Of a DNA stretch of 64,000 nt, positions 35,105 through 43,349 are shown in pieces. The first letter of the stretch is position 1. Each line of letters opens with the position of its first letter. The translations under genes and the position numbers were made by a program. The DNA is from a virus. Below the pieces are notes generated by a model. That model searched no databases. It had not been told where the DNA came from and worked only from the letters and a program-made list of their open reading frames with translations. Location of the stretch: IMG/VR virus record IMGVR_UViG_3300037010_002844, positions 64,001-128,000 of that record; one strand, given 5' to 3'.

Positions 35105-35988
35105 GTGTCGCTCCTGAACATGTGCTCCAGCGCACCTGGAATCAGGCCGTTCTGCAAGATGGGTCTGTCGTGCCAGTGTTCGTCTTGCCCCGCGATGTGG
35201 CTGACGAAGTCGTCACGCACGAACTTGTAGCGGCCCTTCACGATACCGTCCTTCTCCCACTTGACGTAGAGGCCCTCCATCGTGGGACCGACGTAGTACT
35301 TCTTTCGCAGCTCTTCACATCTGGCGATCCACTCGTCCTGCTGGAACACGTAGTGTCCCCTCTTACCCAGGACGTTACACACAACAACAGCATCGTACCA
35401 CGAAGACTCGCACGACAGCAACGAGTCGTTGTGACGTGACTTTCCCTCGCTCACAAACGCAGACGGGCCGATCATAGACTTCAGCTCTTCGACGCCCGAC
35501 ACAAGGCCAGTTGCGATCACCCGCACAGGCACGATCCTGACGGGTGCAGACGTGCGTCTCAGCAACTCGTCACGGGCGGGTGTCGACAGGAACGTGTCGG
35601 TCTCCCTGTCGAAGACGTCGAACTCCATGAAGTAGTGTGGTAGCCTGTCGTACCAGATCGTGTGACAGGCGAACATCCACTCACCGTACATCACGTAGCG
35701 TTCGCCAAGCATCTCGTACAAACCCATCTCATGTGTCGCTGCCCACTGTTTCAACAGTTCGAACTGCTTTTCACGGGGACCTCCATGAAGGTAGTGCCCA
35801 CGCGACTGTAGCTTCATCTCACCGTCGACGAAGGAAATGCCGACGTTAGCACCGTCGATCTTCTCCTCGATGAGGAGGTGTTTGCCGGCGAGCTCCTCCC
35901 ACGGGACGGCCTCGAGGTCGTCGTCCCCATGTTGGAACCGCGAACCACGAATGTGTCTTGTGCGCGGGAACTTTTTCATCTCGCTCAT
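35101..35988 (-). CDS. ATP-dependent RNA ligase (Rnl2/Rnl5-like nucleotidyltransferase).
   Basis: KFPRTRHIRGS, then motif I LLIEEKIDGANVGISF (KxDG), then YVMYGEW. Confidence 0.75.
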   Translation of the reverse strand: MSEMKKFPRTRHIRGSRFQHGDDDLEAVPWEELAGKHLLIEEKIDGANVGISFVDGEMKLQSRGHYLHGGPREKQFELLKQWAATHEMGLYEMLGERYVMYGEWMFACHTIWYDRLPHYFMEFDVFDRETDTFLSTPARDELLRRTSAPVRIVPVRVIATGLVSGVEELKSMIGPSAFVSEGKSRHNDSLLSCESSWYDAVVVCNVLGKRGHYVFQQDEWIARCEELRKKYYVGPTMEGLYVKWEKDGIVKGRYKFVRDDFVSHIAGQDEHWHDRPILQNGLIPGALEHMFRSDT

Positions 35989-36269
35989 AGCTTCACCAGA
36001 TGTTTCTGTTCGTATCCGTAGCGCAGGCCGCTGGATTGCAAGCGAACGTCAACGAAGTCTTTCGCATCCTCATACGTAAAGTCACCGACGATGCCAAGAC
36101 ACTCGCCGAACTCATCTACGCGTGAGGTCGAGCAGGAAATGCAGCCCTCGTCGGGCAGCTCTGAATCGGCAGGACCTCGAAGTCCCTTGTGATTTCACGG
36201 AGTGCACTGCCCACGAAGAATCACCTTGAACTCCTCGGTCATCTTGACCTGGTCACCGCACTTCAACAT
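35985..36269 (-). pseudogene. Small ORF interrupted by an in-frame TGA, translationally coupled to the RNA ligase gene.
   Basis: MLKCGDQVKMTEEFKVILRGQCTP-TGA(36197-36195)-NHKGLRGPADSELPDEGCISCSTSRVDEFGECLGIVGDFTYEDAKDFVDVRLQSSGLRYGYEQKHLVKL*. Its stop overlaps the ligase ATG (ATGA). I checked the frame by coordinate arithmetic. Confidence 0.35.
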
Positions 36270-36299
36270 GTTACAATTCTATTCCACTGAATCGTGAAG

Positions 36300-36599
36300 T
36301 TACATACCCGCGCACTCTTTTGCCCAACGTAGTTCATCCTCGAGGAATGCCACGCGTTGAGCATCCTCAAACTGCCGGAGCTTCTGCCGATAGGCATTGC
36401 GTGTCGCCTCGGCATTTCGATAGCGAAAGCGATTCTTTGCCAGCCTCTCGGAGACGTCGATCGTCTGGACGTGGGTGATCTCGAACTCGTGGATCTCCGG
36501 CCAGGGTCCCTAGTCGTCACAGGTGCTCGCAGCCATTCCAAGGTGACGCTTGTATTCTTGCTCTGTCGTATAGAGCCAAGCGCGCTTGTGATCAGACAT
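36300..36599 (-). pseudogene. Small ORF interrupted by an in-frame TAG.
   Basis: MSDHKRAWLYTTEQEYKRHLGMAASTCDD-TAG(36512-36510)-GPWPEIHEFEITHVQTIDVSERLAKNRFRYRNAEATRNAYRQKLRQFEDAQRVAFLEDELRWAKECAGM*. Confidence 0.35.
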
Positions 36600-36727
36600 C
36601 CACGCGAGGCCGCCACCCGACCAGGAACTGCGTGCTTCCTACACGTATTGTCCCTAGCAGAAGATCGCGAAGAGCCTCATCCTCGATTTCACTTGTAGGG
36701 ATCGTAGCCGCTGCCGTAGCACGTGGT

Positions 36728-37057
36728 CTACGAGCTACCGAGACCCAGGTCGACGCTGACCTGCAGTTGTGCATTACCCAACTGTCTGACCTCGAAAAAG
36801 AAAAAGTTCTTCTTGTCCCTGGCCGCACGTAGGACCCACTCACCGAGCGTTTCCTTGTCAGGGAAGGCAAAGTAGTGAATGTCAGGCACCGTCGACGATG
36901 AATCGCTATCGTGAGAATCGTAGGCCGGCATCCACTCCGTCCGGGTGTCGAACAGGACGGCAGCGAAATGCGGACCCTTGGGCTTCTTCTCAGGACGATC
37001 GACCATGAACTGCGTCCAGTCGTGGTAGTTGTAATCGTCCATGTACTTCTTCGGCAT
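36728..37057 (-). CDS. Hypothetical protein.
   Basis: 109-aa ORF starting MPKKYMDDYNYHDW. Confidence 0.5.
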   Translation of the reverse strand: MPKKYMDDYNYHDWTQFMVDRPEKKPKGPHFAAVLFDTRTEWMPAYDSHDSDSSSTVPDIHYFAFPDKETLGEWVLRAARDKKNFFFFEVRQLGNAQLQVSVDLGLGSS

Positions 37058-37064
37058 GGCATCC

Positions 37065-37289
37065 TCAGCAGGGGTTGTCGCGGTAATGCTTCACAATGGT
37101 GAGGATCTCATCGACCTCATCGTCTCCGCAGTCCTTGTAGCTCTTCCCCTTCGTTGACTTGATGCGTTCCCAGAGGTGAGCATAAGAGTTACGCTTCGCG
37201 AGTCCGGGATGAAGCGGAAGCTTCCCGTCGAGGTGGGCTCCCGCCTCCTTCACGGCTTCCTGGATGCGCTTGCAGTTTTCAGGACTCAT
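37065..37289 (-). CDS. Hypothetical protein.
   Basis: 74-aa ORF. Confidence 0.5.
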   Translation of the reverse strand: MSPENCKRIQEAVKEAGAHLDGKLPLHPGLAKRNSYAHLWERIKSTKGKSYKDCGDDEVDEILTIVKHYRDNPC

Positions 37290-37674
37290 CGATGTCGCCA
37301 GTCTTCAAGCGAAGCAAGTCGTTCTTCGAGATCTCGAACTTTTGCCGCCAACAATTTGGTGCAAGTTGATCCACAGTGACCGGCGCCGGTTTCGTGATCA
37401 GCGTGAAGGTTGTCAGTGTAGCGAGGAAACCCGCAAAATCAGTGAGAGTCGGAAAGGAAAGACTCAGTGGAACAAAGGCATGCGCGGTCTGACATACAAT
37501 TTTAGCGAAGAAGATCGACAGAAAGCACGTGAACAACGCATTACTTTCAGCAAGTTACGGCCCATGTTAGGAAAACGACACAGCGATAAAACTCGCGCAA
37601 AGATGCGAAAATCTCATCGCTGTTCGAAGTACGGTGAACCCAGCCACCAGAAGATGACCCGTAAATCCTCCTAG
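37264..37674 (+). pseudogene. NUMOD3-only remnant of a free-standing homing endonuclease.
   Basis: CSEETRKISESRKGKTQWNKG and GKRHSDKTRAKMRKSH are NUMOD3-type DNA-binding repeats. No nuclease domain is present. It is on the plus strand and converges on pnkp. Confidence 0.5.
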
Positions 37675-38675
37675 AACGCACCTGGGGCTACTTGAAAACA
37701 GGTCAGGCCGATGCTGCGCCAGAAGTCGACGACCTGATTGCGATCATCGAGGACGAAGTCCACGTGGTACTTACCGGCCACGAACTTGTCGAACAGCTCC
37801 TGCTTGATGACGGCGTCCTTGCGCTGGTCGAGCTTTCCCGGATCGGGCGCAGTCTCGCCACGCATGTGCAGCTCGTACGGGATAGGCATGGTCGCAGATG
37901 TCTCCACCATGTCCTGCGTGAATGCTGGGTTGGCGACGCGGCAGTACTTCTCAATGAAGCGCTGCGTCTCGGGACGGTACTTCTGGTCGCGGCCCGACAT
38001 GAACATGATCTTGTAGCCCTGAGCGTGCATCGCCAGGACTGTTCGGATCACCGGCCAATTGGGCTTGTCGATCTCGTCGCAGTTCGACGCATCGTATGGC
38101 GTGCGGTTGCCGATGATGGCCAACGTCCCATCGAGGTCACACATGATCGCCTTCGGCAGGCTCTCGTCCTGGATGATGACTCGGAACGAGTCCGGCCGCG
38201 GTTCGTAGTAGCACTCCTTGTCGGAGAGCTTGCGCCCCTTGTCGAGGCCAGCGCCACGGGCCATGTCAAGGATGATCTTCTCACCCACATGAGCGAACCC
38301 GGTGCGCTGTGCATCGCGAGCGATGCAGGTCTTGACATCAACATTGACACCCTTCTCGATGACCTTGACGTCGCCATAGCTCGCAGCCGCAGCGTGCAGC
38401 TTCTTGACGGTCATCGGCACCAGGTGCGTGTCATCCAGGATGACATCGTAACCCGCGTCGAAGGCCTGACGCATCAGCGCTTCCTTCATTGAGCGAACAA
38501 GGTCCTCACGAGAGTTGTCACGAGCGTGTGGGTTGTTGCCAGGGCCCACGCACATGCCGCGCAAATCATCGCGGTTGATGCGCACCCAACGCTTGGGCTC
38601 GCGCTTCACCAGCGCCGCGGCTTCGGTCGACTTACCGGAACCCGGCAGGCCCTTGAAAATCACGAGAGTACGCAT
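37671..38675 (-). CDS. pnkp: Polynucleotide kinase-phosphatase (T4 PseT-like).
   Basis: N-terminal P-loop VIFKGLPGSGKST. C-terminal HAD phosphatase motif IMCDLDGTLA. Confidence 0.85.
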   Translation of the reverse strand: MRTLVIFKGLPGSGKSTEAAALVKREPKRWVRINRDDLRGMCVGPGNNPHARDNSREDLVRSMKEALMRQAFDAGYDVILDDTHLVPMTVKKLHAAAASYGDVKVIEKGVNVDVKTCIARDAQRTGFAHVGEKIILDMARGAGLDKGRKLSDKECYYEPRPDSFRVIIQDESLPKAIMCDLDGTLAIIGNRTPYDASNCDEIDKPNWPVIRTVLAMHAQGYKIMFMSGRDQKYRPETQRFIEKYCRVANPAFTQDMVETSATMPIPYELHMRGETAPDPGKLDQRKDAVIKQELFDKFVAGKYHVDFVLDDRNQVVDFWRSIGLTCFQVAPGAF

Positions 38676-38714
38676 ACCTTGACTCTATTCTCTGTGATGG
38701 TTGTTTTGCACAAC

Positions 38715-38746
38715 ATCAATGCGGGCCGTCTCTGACCCGCATTGAT
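38715..38746. terminator. Perfect 11-bp inverted repeat between the nucleotidyltransferase and pnkp genes.
   Basis: ATCAATGCGGG-ccgtctctga-CCCGCATTGAT. A second small hairpin (GTTGT-gcaaa-ACAAC) is adjacent. No clear U-tract. Confidence 0.4.
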
Positions 38747-38761
38747 TCGCTGCGTTTGTTG

Positions 38762-39718
38762 TCAGCCGTGGAGCGTCAGGTACCGCTCCGTCATCGACAC
38801 CACGAATTTGTCGATGAGCTTACGGTCGGGCTCTCGACGCAGGGTTGAGGTCTCATAGAGCTCGTTGGCACGTTTCTCCAGTGCATCGGCACGCTCAATC
38901 AGGGCATCGTAGTCGTGCTCGCCCCGGCGATACGCCAGGATCTCTTCGCGGTCGCCACGTTCCTGACGGTCCACGTAGACCTTATGGTCTTCGAGGATTT
39001 CAACGGCCATGGTCTTGAGGCGAATCAGGTGCATGCCATGTTTCACGTCAAAACCCCACTTGGCCTCAAGCTCGGCACGAGCTGGGTTCCGAGTCTTGAG
39101 CCAGTTGACGTACTGGTCGTAGTGCGTCTTCGCAGCCTGATACTGCTTCTCCCGCGTGAACAGGGTCAGCACGTCCTTGGGCAGGTCCAGCTCAATCCCG
39201 TCGGCGACTGCCGCATCGTAGGCACCCAACTCCGACTTCGAGACCTTGCTCGTCTCGGAAAGTCCGAATGACTTCCTCGAAGGAGCTTCCTTGGGCGGGT
39301 TGAGCAACCACGAGCGATGCGTCTTGATGCGCTGCAGCTGGGCATGGGCATAGCCCGAGAAGGTGAACTTCGCCTTCTTGGACAAGAACTCGTCCTTGAT
39401 GCTGCGCAACTCTTCGCCGAACTCGTCGATCTTCAACACGTGCCTGTCGGCCACGTGGAGGATCTCGATGATGTTCGGGTTGCAGTCGGCAGCGAGCCTA
39501 GCAAACTTGTTGAGGGCATAGGTTACCGAGTCGACGCCGTCGCTCTTGGAACCCATGTGTTCCGCCTGCTCGAACGTCTTCATGAAGCCCAAGTAGTACT
39601 CCTTGGGAGCGATGGCAACGCCCTTGAAGTCCTCGTCAGAGGTGGCGACGTTCAGGCCATAGGCGTGAGAACCGTGCCGAACGTAGAGGATTGTGCGCTT
39701 TTTGACGTCAAAGTCCAT
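38762..39718 (-). CDS. Pol-beta-fold nucleotidyltransferase of the RNA-repair-associated (RlaP-like) family.
   Basis: ILYVRHGSHAYGLNVATSDEDFKGV (GS...D.D signature). It sits next to pnkp and the RNA ligase. Confidence 0.65.
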   Translation of the reverse strand: MDFDVKKRTILYVRHGSHAYGLNVATSDEDFKGVAIAPKEYYLGFMKTFEQAEHMGSKSDGVDSVTYALNKFARLAADCNPNIIEILHVADRHVLKIDEFGEELRSIKDEFLSKKAKFTFSGYAHAQLQRIKTHRSWLLNPPKEAPSRKSFGLSETSKVSKSELGAYDAAVADGIELDLPKDVLTLFTREKQYQAAKTHYDQYVNWLKTRNPARAELEAKWGFDVKHGMHLIRLKTMAVEILEDHKVYVDRQERGDREEILAYRRGEHDYDALIERADALEKRANELYETSTLRREPDRKLIDKFVVSMTERYLTLHG

Positions 39719-39810
39719 GTCTTCACCTCCCGTAAGGGTACTTTCATCCTACCCCAACGAGTAACGATTGTGCACAGGCACTCGCGGGCCCGAAAGGCCT
39801 ACTTATAGTC

Positions 39811-40080
39811 ATGTCGAAATCCACCCTCGCGCTACTTCGTGAGTTCATCAGCGAAATCATGCTGAGCGAGGCGCCTGTCAACCTGCAGGTCCCCAAGGAC
39901 AAGAAGCAGGCCGACGCATTCATCGACATGTTGCTATGGGCAGGCGAGAAGATGCAGGCCACTCAGGAAGAGGTCGACACTGCCGTCGAAAAGGCCAAAG
40001 ACAAAAACGACTGGTCTGACGCGCTTGACTTGATCTCAACCTACTTTGTGATGAAGGGCATCAAGTTCAAGCGTCAGTGA
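39811..40080 (+). CDS. Hypothetical small protein with the leader motif.
   Basis: MSKSTLALLREFISEIML. 89 aa, plus strand. Confidence 0.5.
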   Translation: MSKSTLALLREFISEIMLSEAPVNLQVPKDKKQADAFIDMLLWAGEKMQATQEEVDTAVEKAKDKNDWSDALDLISTYFVMKGIKFKRQ

Positions 40081-40528
40081 CTTCGACGCGAATGTTCTCG
40101 ACCTGCATCACCACCTCAGTGATAACGGGAGACGGGTCGCCGTAGTCAAGAAACTGCGGTGTGGCGTGCAGTGGCTTGACTGTCATGGTCCATACTTCAG
40201 TCGCGCTGCCGGCGGCATTGATGAACTTGAAGACGGCTTGGCGCGACTTCTTCTCTTGACACCACTCCTGAAACTGTGAGTAGATCGATTGCCCTTCGAT
40301 CTCGTAAAACTGCGCTGTCAAGAATGACTGGCGGTCTGCTGCGGCCCAAAGCATCGGCAGCTGAGCGCTCTTAACGAGGAACGTGTCCAGACCTTCGATT
40401 GCAAGGACCCATCGATTTCTGCGCTGCGGGCGAAACTTCTCATCCTCTGGCTTGACTTCGATGACTCGAGCCTGAGGTTTGGGTGACCAGAAGGTCCGCT
40501 TGAAAAATTCGAGAAATTGAGAGAGCAT
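40067..40528 (-). CDS. Hypothetical protein.
   Basis: 153-aa ORF. Confidence 0.5.
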   Translation of the reverse strand: MLSQFLEFFKRTFWSPKPQARVIEVKPEDEKFRPQRRNRWVLAIEGLDTFLVKSAQLPMLWAAADRQSFLTAQFYEIEGQSIYSQFQEWCQEKKSRQAVFKFINAAGSATEVWTMTVKPLHATPQFLDYGDPSPVITEVVMQVENIRVEVTDA

Positions 40529-40543
40529 GATAAACCGTATCAG

Positions 40544-40930
40544 TCAATAGCCATTTTCGATGCGCTCCACGTTGGTGCGACCCTTTTCGAGGTAAGCCTC
40601 GAACAGTTCATCCAATGTGATACCTGAGGCGATGACGAGCTCGAGGTAGAGATGCAGAGCATCGACTAGCTCTTCTTTGTATTCCTCGCGGTCCACGTGA
40701 GGAAGTTCAGTCGCCCGGTGTGACTTTGCATTCTTGAGATGCTGCCCGGCCTCAAACAGTTCCTCCATGATGTGATTGCGAATGTCCTTCAGGAACTTCT
40801 GCCCTTGCTTCGACGTAATGTCAGTCGGGAAGTCCGGGAAACCGCGCTTCTTCTGCAGGAGCCTCATGAACGACTCCTGTTGGTCCCAAAGCATCTGCAA
40901 ACGATCGGTCATCCGTACACCCTCACGCAT
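40544..40930 (-). CDS. All-alpha NTP pyrophosphohydrolase (dimeric dUTPase/dCTPase, MazG-like superfamily).
   Basis: IMEELFEAGQHLK...EEYKEELVDALHLYLELVIASG...YLEKGRTNVERIENGY matches the dimeric-dUTPase pattern EE..E...E.vDalHf......K...N..R...GY. Confidence 0.6.
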   Translation of the reverse strand: MREGVRMTDRLQMLWDQQESFMRLLQKKRGFPDFPTDITSKQGQKFLKDIRNHIMEELFEAGQHLKNAKSHRATELPHVDREEYKEELVDALHLYLELVIASGITLDELFEAYLEKGRTNVERIENGY

Positions 40931-40936
40931 TCGCGC

Positions 40937-40967
40937 ATCGTGTTATCGTGTTATCGTGTTATCGTGG
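40937..40967. repeat. Tandem 8-bp repeat ATCGTGTT, about 3.9 copies.
   Basis: Read directly: atcgtgtt atcgtgtt atcgtgtt atcgtgg. It spans the 3' end of ORF 40951..41319 and the region 7-37 nt upstream of the next gene's start. Confidence 0.9.
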
Positions 40968-41319
40968 ATCTCGAGCACCTTTGGGATGCTACCATCCTTC
41001 TCAGTCTGATAGCCGCCTGCGAGGTCCAGGCCACTGGAGTGCGACTTTTGGCTAGGTCATCGAAGACCATTGCGTCTCGGAGTCGCAACTGTTCCGTTGT
41101 CATCCACCCGCCATACGGGTCATTGATGTGTGGATCAGCGCCGGCCTGGAACAGGACGATGTCAGTGTAACTCATCCAGTCGAGGACGTCACTGAGCTCT
41201 CGGAAGAGATCATTGACCTGACTGTGATGCATGTAGCGTTGGCCGGCCGTGAAGTGTTGAATCCAAGAACCGGCGTTGAGGCGCTTGATGATCTCGGGAT
41301 CACTCATCGGGTAGGTCAT
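40951..41319 (-). pseudogene. C-terminal fragment of an HDAC/acetylpolyamine-amidohydrolase-fold protein, with an apparent frameshift.
   Basis: DIVLFQAGADPHINDPYGGWMTTEQLRLRD matches the deacetylase pattern aGfDah.gDplG.l.lt. The expected GGY motif appears only in another frame (GLDLAGGYQTEKDGSIPKVLEIH). The N-terminal catalytic half is absent. Confidence 0.35.
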
Positions 41320-41394
41320 CCTCTCTGAACATCATGCACGGGAAGAGCATCACTCCGATGAACAGGATCTGCCACCAAGACAACTCTTCCACGA

Positions 41395-41655
41395 TCAACT
41401 CTTGAAGATGACGCTCGAACCCTGACGGGCCTGCTGATGCTCCTGCGCTTCCGCGAGCAACTTCTCGTGCATCTGCTTGATGGATGCCACGTAGGCGGGG
41501 GTCAAGGTCAACGTCTCGCCATCGCCGGCAGGTTCAACCTCGATCTGGCGCATCAGATCGACGACGTCAATGCCAAGGATCATGCCCTCCTGGACGATCT
41601 GGGCAATACGCGCGATAACGGTGTCATTCAGTTTGTGGCTCATGGTTCGTATCAT
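41395..41655 (-). CDS. Hypothetical protein.
   Basis: 86-aa ORF. Confidence 0.45.
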   Translation of the reverse strand: MIRTMSHKLNDTVIARIAQIVQEGMILGIDVVDLMRQIEVEPAGDGETLTLTPAYVASIKQMHEKLLAEAQEHQQARQGSSVIFKS

Positions 41656-41676
41656 ACTCCTTCATCTGACGGGTGA

Positions 41677-42258
41677 TCAAAGAAGGCCGTGCTTCTTGAC
41701 CTGTTCAATGACTCGCTCATGAACATTGACGCGAGTGCCCTCACAAGACACTAGCACCGTGTCGGGATCATGCTTCCCGTGATCTGCGTAAAGGACTCGA
41801 ACACGAGCCTGGAGGGTGTCATCCTTCTCATAGACGTCATCCTTGCGATCGATGTGAGATCGACCGTGCAATACGATTGTCAGGTCGGGCTTACGGAGGC
41901 GTGAACACAGTTCACGGGTCCATTGGGGATTTGCCCCGCCTGCACAACCGTAGACGATGGCCGACAGCGCCCAACGATCGAGCACGACAAAGTCATTGTC
42001 GGCCTCGAGTTCGGGCAGCTGATAGGTTTGAAAGATTCGCTTGTTGATGTACTGCGTCCACTGAAAGAGATTGGGCATCGACTTGGCAATACCTTTTCTC
42101 AACATCCAGTAGATGGCCTTGTGCGTAAAGTTGTCGTTGAATGGTACTTCAACGAGAGTTGCGCGGTGACCATTGTGCTTCAAATATGCAGTCAACAGCT
42201 TTGACTGCGTCTCCTTGCCCACCTTGTCAGGGCCCTCAATGACGATCAACTTGGCCAT
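41677..42258 (-). CDS. tmk: Thymidylate kinase.
   Basis: LIVIEGPDKVGKETQSKLL (P-loop) and VLDRWALSAIVYG (DRY-like motif). Confidence 0.8.
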   Translation of the reverse strand: MAKLIVIEGPDKVGKETQSKLLTAYLKHNGHRATLVEVPFNDNFTHKAIYWMLRKGIAKSMPNLFQWTQYINKRIFQTYQLPELEADNDFVVLDRWALSAIVYGCAGGANPQWTRELCSRLRKPDLTIVLHGRSHIDRKDDVYEKDDTLQARVRVLYADHGKHDPDTVLVSCEGTRVNVHERVIEQVKKHGLL

Positions 42259-42266
42259 GTGTTTCC

Positions 42267-43031
42267 TCAGACGTACAGTGCGCGGAGATTGCCGTCAGGC
42301 ATCACCAGCTCGAACGCCTCGAGGCTGGCCTGAAATTGTCCGGTCATCTGGGCGAGCTTCAGCATCGCTTCCGCGATGTGCCGCACTTCGACCTGAGCGT
42401 GCTTCGAGTAGCGCAGCCTCAGGAAGTGGACGAAGCTTCGAAAGTTGAACATCACGTCAGCCGTGATCTGATTGCCGTAAGGTAGATAGAACCTCGCGGT
42501 CTCCTTGGCGCGCTTGCGTGGCACTCCCTTGGTCACGAGTCGCTCCAACGTTTCATGGTAGCGTTCCATCGCCTGTTCCATGTGATCGATGTAACGAGCA
42601 CGTTCTTCATCGTCCCAATCGAATGGCACGTAGTACTTGTCGTCCTTCAGCTCCTTATATCGAGCCGATTCTGCATTGACAGAAACGCCGATGCGGTGCT
42701 TGATCAGGTGGATGTGCGTGGCAATGTCAGTCGTCACCAGGAAGTGCAGAGACGACTTCTCGAAAGGCGTCTCGTGACCAGCAGAAGCGAGGTCCTTCAA
42801 CAACTTCGGAAGTCGGGCACGCTTCTCGTCGGTCAGATCCCGCGAGGTACTGGTCCAGGCTGACATGGCATGGCTCTGATCGCCACCGTAGATGCCGACC
42901 AGCTCGACGGTGTTGGGACCAGCGCCTTTGCCCTTGATCTTGATGGGCTCCGGAGGAGGCGAAGAAATAGTCGGCACCTCAACTTGGGGCTGAGAACCTT
43001 TGCTGGTTTTTGCGGATTTCTTCTGCTTCAT
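42267..43031 (-). CDS. thyX: FAD-dependent thymidylate synthase ThyX.
   Basis: ThyX signature IKHRIGVSVNAESARY (RHR..S......S.RY). Confidence 0.9.
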   Translation of the reverse strand: MKQKKSAKTSKGSQPQVEVPTISSPPPEPIKIKGKGAGPNTVELVGIYGGDQSHAMSAWTSTSRDLTDEKRARLPKLLKDLASAGHETPFEKSSLHFLVTTDIATHIHLIKHRIGVSVNAESARYKELKDDKYYVPFDWDDEERARYIDHMEQAMERYHETLERLVTKGVPRKRAKETARFYLPYGNQITADVMFNFRSFVHFLRLRYSKHAQVEVRHIAEAMLKLAQMTGQFQASLEAFELVMPDGNLRALYV

Positions 43032-43069
43032 TCTGTGTCCTCTTTCTTGGCATCGATGATGGCCTCAGA

Positions 43070-43309
43070 TCACTCGAACAGATTGTGGAGACATGGGTAA
43101 TCCACGGGCTGCAGCAGAACGGCGCCAAAGGCGCCCGACTTGCTCTGAAAGCCGAAAACATACTTCACCGCAATCCAAAGGCAACGATACCACGGATGAT
43201 AGTGCGACAGAAAGACCTCGGTCGTCACGAGGCCGTCTTCAGTGTCAACTGCAATACATAACGTGTGTTCAGCACAACCGCACTGGCACTCGTAGTATTC
43301 CCTCTCCAC
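43070..43309 (-). CDS. Hypothetical Cys-containing protein.
   Basis: 79-aa ORF starting MEREYYECQCGCAEH. Confidence 0.45.
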   Translation of the reverse strand: MEREYYECQCGCAEHTLCIAVDTEDGLVTTEVFLSHYHPWYRCLWIAVKYVFGFQSKSGAFGAVLLQPVDYPCLHNLFE

Positions 43310-43349
43310 GAGAAAGAAGTATAACCTACGTTAGGTCGACTGTTTCAAC

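Noticed and set aside
36195-36197. Selenocysteine decoding of the in-frame TGA (C-x-x-U context).
   Set aside because: I kept this only as a low-probability alternative. The flanking sequence does not look like a thioredoxin fold. The downstream hairpin is only 4-5 bp. No Sec machinery is visible in the window.
40937-40967. Possible CRISPR-like or satellite array.
   Set aside because: There are only about 4 copies of an 8-bp unit with no spacers. It is a simple tandem repeat.
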